From Deinococcales bacterium (GTDB taxonomy: Bacteria > Deinococcota > Deinococci > Deinococcales > JAAFIG01), in the NCBI GenBank assembly GCA_043778225.1, contig JAYWGM010000079.1, positions 910 through 64,909 of the forward strand: a DNA stretch of 64,000 nt, given 5' to 3'. Position 1 is the first letter of the stretch. Every line of letters starts with the position of its first letter. The notes beneath the pieces are model-generated. The model was given only the letters and a program-made list of their open reading frames with translations, was not told the origin of the DNA and searched no databases. Shown here in pieces: positions 58,624 to 64,000 of the stretch. A program made the translations under genes and the position numbers.

Positions 58624-59226
58624 TTAATTACTCCTTTCTGGCACTGCGGTAGGGAGTTTTGGAATCAGACTCGAGTCTATGCGCGACCCGCCTCGCCAAC
58701 CCGATAAACCTGTGTCTTTGCCGCTCAAACCAGCCCGAAACGCTGATGGGTCTAAAAAGCGTCCTTCACGGAAAAGTGTTGGCGTTTCACCAAGTGGAAA
58801 ATCCTTACGCAGTGGATGTCCATCCAAATCCTCTGGCGTGAGGATTTTTCGCAAGTCTGGATGGTCGGAGAATTCGATGCCCATTAAATCGTAGACTTCG
58901 CGTTCATGAAATTCGGCAGTGCGCCAAATGTCGGTGACAGTTGGTAATTTTTCACCGTCTGGCAGGTAAACCTTGACCAGAATCCGCTCACCGTTTTTGG
59001 CATTCAGTAAGTTGTAAATAACCGCAAAACGCTCAGGCATAAATTCGGTGTACTCGAGGTAATCCACGCCCATGAGATCGGCACAGATACTAAAACCAGT
59101 GGCTTTACATTCAAATAAAAAGGCTTTGAAGGTATCACGGCTTGCAACAACCGTTTTGAATGCTCCCTCGAGAATCGGGTATTCGCGCAAGGTAGCTTTC
59201 TCGAGGGCAGTGGTTAAGGAATTCAT
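58624..59226 (-). CDS. nuoC: NADH-quinone oxidoreductase subunit C
   Basis: [19 protein letters not shown]...[10 protein letters not shown]. Confidence 0.96.
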   Translation of the reverse strand: MNSLTTALEKATLREYPILEGAFKTVVASRDTFKAFLFECKATGFSICADLMGVDYLEYTEFMPERFAVIYNLLNAKNGERILVKVYLPDGEKLPTVTDIWRTAEFHEREVYDLMGIEFSDHPDLRKILTPEDLDGHPLRKDFPLGETPTLFREGRFLDPSAFRAGLSGKDTGLSGWRGGSRIDSSLIPKLPTAVPERSN

Positions 59227-59762
59227 CTTGTCCATGCTTCCACCATTGGCAACGGCGTACCAAAATCATCCATTGCTTCGCCACGAACCTTTTTTTGCAG
59301 TTGCATCACGGCGTAAATCAGTCCTTCGGGGCGTGGTGGGCAGCCGGGGACAAAAATATCCACGGGGACAACACTATCGACATTTTGGACGATTGCATAA
59401 TTGTTAAACATTCCGCCGCTCGAGGCACACGCGCCCATACTAATCACCCATTTTGGGTCGGGCATTTGGTCGTAGACACGGCGCATCACAGGTGCCATTT
59501 TTTTGCTTAAACGCCCAGCCACAATCAAGACATCCGATTGGCGTGGGCTGGCACGGAAAACTTCTGAGCCAAACCGAGCAAGGTCGTTGCGGGCATCGGT
59601 AGATGCCATCATTTCTATGGCACAACACGCCAAGCCAAAGGTCATGGGCCAAAGGCTATTGCTGCGCCCCCATGCCACCAGTTTCTCGAGGGTCGCAAAA
59701 ACAATCCCCTCATTCTCGAGTTCTTGGACATCTTTTTCAAATAAATCTTTTAGAGTAGACAT
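59223..59762 (-). CDS. nuoB: NADH-quinone oxidoreductase subunit B
   Basis: [24 protein letters not shown] and PGCPPRPE motifs. Confidence 0.98.
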   Translation of the reverse strand: MSTLKDLFEKDVQELENEGIVFATLEKLVAWGRSNSLWPMTFGLACCAIEMMASTDARNDLARFGSEVFRASPRQSDVLIVAGRLSKKMAPVMRRVYDQMPDPKWVISMGACASSGGMFNNYAIVQNVDSVVPVDIFVPGCPPRPEGLIYAVMQLQKKVRGEAMDDFGTPLPMVEAWTR

Positions 59763-59779
59763 TGATAGCTCCTTTGGAG

Positions 59780-59852
59780 AGGTTAAAAGGTAAAAGGTTG
59801 AAAAGGTGAAAAGTGCTTCTCAAGGGCTTATTTTTACTTTAATCTTTCGCCT
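59780..59852. repeat. Tandem ~8-mer purine arm with degenerate pyrimidine arm, between nuoA and nuoB
   Basis: aggttaaaaggtaaaaggttgaaaaggtgaaaag...tttttactttaatctttcgcct. Confidence 0.65.
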
Positions 59853-59856
59853 ATTC

Positions 59857-60210
59857 TTATTTCCAGTCGAGAATGCCTTTTTTGAGAATGTAAAAGTAGC
59901 CAATACCAACCAGCGCCACAAACGCCAGTGCTTCGTAGAAAGCAAAAAGCCCAAGTTTATTGTAAGCCACTGCCAATGGATAGAAAAAGGCAGTTTCAAT
60001 GTCGAAAATAATAAAAAGCATCGCCACCAAATAAAAATGCACCGGAAAGCGTTCTCGAGCGCTGCCAATCGGGTCATTGCCGCTTTCGTAACTCATATTT
60101 TTGGCTCGAGATGGTTTCTTGGGTCCCAAAACCGCGCCAACCAGCAAGGCAAGCACGCCAATGCCTGCGGCGACCAGAAACATAATAAAGACGTTGAGGT
60201 ATTGATTCAT
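59857..60210 (-). CDS. nuoA: NADH-quinone oxidoreductase subunit A
   Basis: K...YESG, FYLVAMLFIIFDIE and KKG.L.W motifs. Confidence 0.97.
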   Translation of the reverse strand: MNQYLNVFIMFLVAAGIGVLALLVGAVLGPKKPSRAKNMSYESGNDPIGSARERFPVHFYLVAMLFIIFDIETAFFYPLAVAYNKLGLFAFYEALAFVALVGIGYFYILKKGILDWK

Positions 60211-60314
60211 ACGATTTCCTCCATAAAAAACAAGTTGCTCGTGCTAACTTTCACGAGTTTAAGTATACAAGAACAGCCGTATTTTAACAAATGCCTTGGA
60301 CGAAAAAAAGCCCT

Positions 60315-60965
60315 CTATTCGGTCAATTGGGAATCGGCTTGCTCGACTGGCAGCGTACCCGCTTGCCAAGCATTCATCAAGGCATTGACCACCATTGGGT
60401 CAAAATGTGTACCAACGTTTTTCGAGACTTCCAAAACGATGTCGCGTGGACTGCGGCGCTTCTGGTAGACCCGCCCATTGAGCATCACATCAAGGCTGTC
60501 TGCCACCGCCACAACCCGCGCCAAAAACGGAATATCTACCCCGACCAGATTATCTGGATACCCAGCCCCATCAAAACGCTCATGGTGTGAACGGGCAATC
60601 GGTGCAAAACGCTCGAGTCCGGGCATATGTTGTAAAAACTCAAAGCCCAAAACTGTATGGTTTTTGACCAAAGTAAACTCGTGCGACTCAAGTTTTGCAG
60701 GTTTATTAAGGATGCCCAAATTGACCGATATTTTACCAATATCGTGCAGCAAAGCCCCAAGTCGCAAGGTCTCGAGTTCATCAGCACTAAGATGCAGTTC
60801 TTCGCCGATTCGCAGCACCAGCCTCGAGACTCGCTCCGAGTGGGCATAAGTATCTGGGTCGCGCTGTGCCAACATCCGCAAAATTAGACCTGCGGCTGCC
60901 GAATCCAAAACGCCCAACAAGTCAAAATTGTACGACCCCTGAGTGCTGTTGGTCTCATCTGGCAT
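60315..60965 (-). CDS. HD-GYP domain protein (c-di-GMP phosphodiesterase-like)
   Basis: HSERV, LHDIGK, HHERFDG.GYP and VAD motifs. Confidence 0.93.
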   Translation of the reverse strand: MPDETNSTQGSYNFDLLGVLDSAAAGLILRMLAQRDPDTYAHSERVSRLVLRIGEELHLSADELETLRLGALLHDIGKISVNLGILNKPAKLESHEFTLVKNHTVLGFEFLQHMPGLERFAPIARSHHERFDGAGYPDNLVGVDIPFLARVVAVADSLDVMLNGRVYQKRRSPRDIVLEVSKNVGTHFDPMVVNALMNAWQAGTLPVEQADSQLTE

Positions 60966-61009
60966 ACAAAAAGTTTAACACGTTCAGGAAGTCAGAACGT
61001 TAGTAAAAA

Positions 61010-62149
61010 TTACATCACCTGTAAAAGCGCATACTTTAAGTAGCGACTCTCTGGGAAATTCAGCACCTCGGGGTGACAGGCAGCCTGGCTGCGACGCTCG
61101 AGAATTCGCACCATTCGCCCAGCATCAGCCGCCGCATCCTCGAGCATGATGTAAAAGTCGGCTTCTGAAACATGAAAGCTGCAACTGGCAGTGCCTAGAA
61201 AACCGCCCGGCTCGAGCAATTTTAACGCCCGTAAGTTGAGTTCTTTGTAGGCTCTGTACGCGCCATCCAAGTCTTTGCGGGCTTTGGCGAGGGCGGGGGG
61301 GTCCAAAGAAATCGTGTGGTAGCGGTTTGAAGTATCGGTCTGGTGCAACCAATCAAAAGCGTTACTTTCGGTAAAAGTCATGTTAGAAATGTTATTCAAA
61401 CGGGCATTTTCTTCGGCACGTTCAAGGGCTGGCGCACTCGAGTCAATACACTCGACCGAATCGCAGACCTTAGCTAAATGCAAGCCAAACGAAGCATGGT
61501 AACTAAAAATGTCCAGCGCCCGACCAAAACCAACTTCAGCAAGCGCCGCGCGGTTATCGCGCTGGTCCAAAAAACCACCCGTTTTTTGACCGCGCCACGG
61601 GTCTATGCGGTACTTGATTTCGCCTTCCGAGCAGGTAATCCACTCGGGGACATCGCCGTACAGCACTTCAACTTTAGCTTCTAACCCCTCGAGGGTGCGG
61701 ATTTTGGAGTCAAAGCGCCCAAGAATGCCTTTTAATTTGTATTCGCGTTTTAAGACCCGCAGCATATCTAGTAAATATGGCTCGAGGGCAGCGCAATTTT
61801 GCTGAATCACCAAGTAATCGTTGTACTTATCGATCGTTAAACCGGGCAGACCATCGGCATCTGAGTGTACAACCCGAAACGAATCACCGTTGACGTGCAA
61901 AAAGCGCCTGAATTCAATGGCTCGTTCTAAGCGCTGCAAGATATTTGGACGTGCCGAACCTTTAGAAATAAAACGCACTGTAATCTCGGAGGCTGGATTG
62001 ACCGCCGCCCAGCCAAGATGATTACCACGGATGTCTTGGATGTCCTCGAGTCCAGGTTTCTCGGGCAGTTTGGCAATATCGGATTTATAAACCCACGGAT
62101 GCCCCGTGTCGTAGCGGCTTTTGCCTCGCGGTGCAAGAATCACAGTCAT
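61010..62149 (-). CDS. rlmI: RlmI-family 23S rRNA m5C methyltransferase
   Basis: PUA-like GHPWVY, D.LPGL.ID.Y, GQKTG.FLDQR.NR, LDPP and SCS motifs. Confidence 0.88.
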   Translation of the reverse strand: MTVILAPRGKSRYDTGHPWVYKSDIAKLPEKPGLEDIQDIRGNHLGWAAVNPASEITVRFISKGSARPNILQRLERAIEFRRFLHVNGDSFRVVHSDADGLPGLTIDKYNDYLVIQQNCAALEPYLLDMLRVLKREYKLKGILGRFDSKIRTLEGLEAKVEVLYGDVPEWITCSEGEIKYRIDPWRGQKTGGFLDQRDNRAALAEVGFGRALDIFSYHASFGLHLAKVCDSVECIDSSAPALERAEENARLNNISNMTFTESNAFDWLHQTDTSNRYHTISLDPPALAKARKDLDGAYRAYKELNLRALKLLEPGGFLGTASCSFHVSEADFYIMLEDAAADAGRMVRILERRSQAACHPEVLNFPESRYLKYALLQVM

Positions 62150-62298
62150 GAGTGGAGCATATCAGGAATAAAACTGGGAGTTTATGAACCAAGCTCTGGG
62201 CAGTTGAGCCTCGACTGAACCAAAACATGAAGTCCAATTCTAAGCCATACGTCAAAGGGCTTATTCAGGTTCAAGGAAACTTGAGTTATCTTAAAACC

Positions 62299-62787
62299 AT
62301 GTCTTACGTCAACACACCGCAAATAGAAGCCTACTGGCAAGCATTTCTCGAGTCACTGCCAGAAGAATCGCTGCAACGCGCCGAAGCCTTGCTGAGAACA
62401 CCAATTGCCGAAGCATGGGGCGATAATGCCGAGCTTGCCGACCGACTTGGCAATTTAATTGTGGCTGGGGTCAAGACCGCCACCTGCTCGAGTTTATGGG
62501 ATTGGGAAATTCGTCAAGAACCACTGCCAGAGATTGGTTTGAAAACCATTGTTTTGAACAGCCAAAACCAACCGATGTGCATTGTAGAGACCACCGAAGT
62601 CACGATTCGAGTGTTTGAAGCTGTGGATGGCAATTTTGCTTTTGATGAAGGCGAAGGCGAGCGCAGCCTCGAGTCTTGGCGTGCTGGGCATTGGCGTTTT
62701 TTTACACGCACCCTCAAGCCGCTTCACTTGCAACCCACGCTCGAGATGCCATTAGTTTGTGAGCATTTTAAGGTTATTTACCGCTAG
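62299..62787 (+). CDS. ASCH domain protein
   Basis: AD.L..LI..G.KTATCS, FA.DEGEG.RSL..WR..H..FF and CE.F motifs. Confidence 0.92.
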   Translation: MSYVNTPQIEAYWQAFLESLPEESLQRAEALLRTPIAEAWGDNAELADRLGNLIVAGVKTATCSSLWDWEIRQEPLPEIGLKTIVLNSQNQPMCIVETTEVTIRVFEAVDGNFAFDEGEGERSLESWRAGHWRFFTRTLKPLHLQPTLEMPLVCEHFKVIYR

Positions 62788-62797
62788 AATAGTCTCT

Positions 62798-63562
62798 ATG
62801 CAGCAACTTTTATTGGCACGTCTCGAACAAATTGGGGTCTCACTCGAGCAATCCCAAAAAGCTGTGGCGTTGATTGGACTTGGTTCAGTTGGCTTAGAAT
62901 TGGAACGTTTGGATGAATTTTCAGACCTAGATTTCTTTGTGATTGTTAAAGACGGACAAAAGCAAGGTTTTTTCGAGGATTTATCGTGGCTGACTAATCT
63001 TGCAGCAGTCGCCTATGTTTTTCAGAATACTGCCGATGGGTTTAAGTTGCTTTTTGAAGATGATGTTTTTTGTGAATTTGCAATCTTTGAAATACACGAA
63101 TTAAGTAACATTCCCTTTGCGGCTGGGCGCATTGTTTGGAAAGCAGATGACAGTCAAGATGAGATTCCCATGCCTTCTCAAGGCTCAAAGCCGCCTGCAC
63201 ATTCAAATAATCTCGAGTTTGTGCTTGGCGAGTGCTTAACCAATTTATATATTGGCGCAAAACGCTTTGCTCGAGGTGAAAAACTCAGTGCTGCTCGGTT
63301 TGTTCAGCAGTACGCAGTGGACCGAGTTCTCGAGTTAAACCAACAAATCGAAAAAGCCCAGAATGATTTTGCCGACCCGTTTAGTCGGGAACGAAGGATT
63401 GAGCAGCGTTATCCTATTTTGAATCAAGTGCTACCATTGTTCGTTCAGGGGTACGAGCGCACACCTGAATCTGCCTTAGCTATTTTGGTTTGGCTTGAAA
63501 CTAGATTTAAGATTAACCAAGCTATTGCCAAAGCAATCCGAAAGGTCATAGACAATGTTTAA
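62798..63562 (+). CDS. Nucleotidyltransferase-fold protein (lincosamide/aminoglycoside NTase-like)
   Basis: GLGS......D.FSDLDF.V, CEF and RGE.LSA motifs. Confidence 0.75.
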   Translation: MQQLLLARLEQIGVSLEQSQKAVALIGLGSVGLELERLDEFSDLDFFVIVKDGQKQGFFEDLSWLTNLAAVAYVFQNTADGFKLLFEDDVFCEFAIFEIHELSNIPFAAGRIVWKADDSQDEIPMPSQGSKPPAHSNNLEFVLGECLTNLYIGAKRFARGEKLSAARFVQQYAVDRVLELNQQIEKAQNDFADPFSRERRIEQRYPILNQVLPLFVQGYERTPESALAILVWLETRFKINQAIAKAIRKVIDNV

Positions 63563-64000
63563 GCCTATAAAAACCGCCCGATTAGTCTTGCGGGCTTTTG
63601 AACCAGACGATGCCGCCAATTTTGCGGCATACCGCAATCACCCCGAGGTAGCACGTTTACAGACTTGGGAAAGTTACACGCTCGAGCAAGCCCAGATGTT
63701 AATTGCCCAAATGCAGCGACTCCAGCAGCCAACCCCTAACCAATGGTATCAAATTGCCGTGACCCTCGAGGGGAAGTTAATTGGCGATGTGGCTTTTAAG
63801 CTACAAGACCGCCAAGCCGAAATCGGTTTTAGTTTTGACCCAACTTTTCAAGGACAAGGCTTTGCTTTTGAGGCTGTAACCGCCGTTCTCGAGTTTGCTT
63901 TTACACACTTAAAACTGCATCGGCTGCACGCCACCACCGACCCGCGCAATACTGGCTCAATTCGCTTGCTCGAGAAATTGGGCTTTAGAAAAGAAGGACA
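63555..64000 (+). CDS. RimJ/RimL-type GNAT acetyltransferase, partial (runs off the window end)
   Basis: Manual translation MFKPIKTARLVLRAF...YRNHPEVA...EIGF...QGQGFA.EA...N..S.RLLEKLGF.KEG. Confidence 0.9.
   Translation, partial: MFKPIKTARLVLRAFEPDDAANFAAYRNHPEVARLQTWESYTLEQAQMLIAQMQRLQQPTPNQWYQIAVTLEGKLIGDVAFKLQDRQAEIGFSFDPTFQGQGFAFEAVTAVLEFAFTHLKLHRLHATTDPRNTGSIRLLEKLGFRKEG

Noticed and set aside
59806-60468. 220-aa plus-strand ORF spanning nuoA
   Set aside because: Antisense to nuoA and the HD-GYP gene, and it starts within a simple repeat.
62200-62298. Riboswitch or ncRNA upstream of the ASCH gene
   Set aside because: Only short TGAACCAA repeats; no recognisable conserved RNA structure.
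62798-63562. Bona fide antibiotic resistance gene (lnu/ant)
   Set aside because: Only the general nucleotidyltransferase motif is visible; substrate cannot be inferred.

Overview
Bacterial chromosome segment, most consistent with Deinococcota: Thermus/Deinococcus-like nuo genes, an RqkA-like kinase and many leaderless -10 promoters. (1) 1-6349 is the right end of an integrated phage-related element bounded by a displaced 3' half of tRNA-Arg(TCT). It carries xis-like, replication, tail-fragment, tape-measure, tail-chaperone-like and TerS-like genes in an order reversed relative to normal phages (satellite-like), and an ISAs1 transposase sits at the window edge. (2) 6.4-38 kb is mostly core genes: ppx, sixA, a Ser/Thr kinase, an S8 lipoprotein protease, LCP, two divergent tRNA-Arg(CCT), a two-component pair, a Pil-Chp-like chemosensory operon, an AddA-like helicase-nuclease, ferredoxin-Crp/Fnr with an FNR-type box at -41.5, and parDE. 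(3) 38.1-60.2 kb is a complete nuoA-N operon interrupted by about 13 co-oriented accessory genes (type II R-M pair, TA genes, Uma2, a stand-alone EF-G domain IV-like gene, membrane proteins), REP elements and ATGA-coupled mini-ORF stubs. (4) The right end holds HD-GYP, rlmI-like, ASCH, nucleotidyltransferase and GNAT genes. The palindrome CTCGAG is hyper-abundant across the window in all reading frames. All calls come from reading motifs by eye; no database searches were run.
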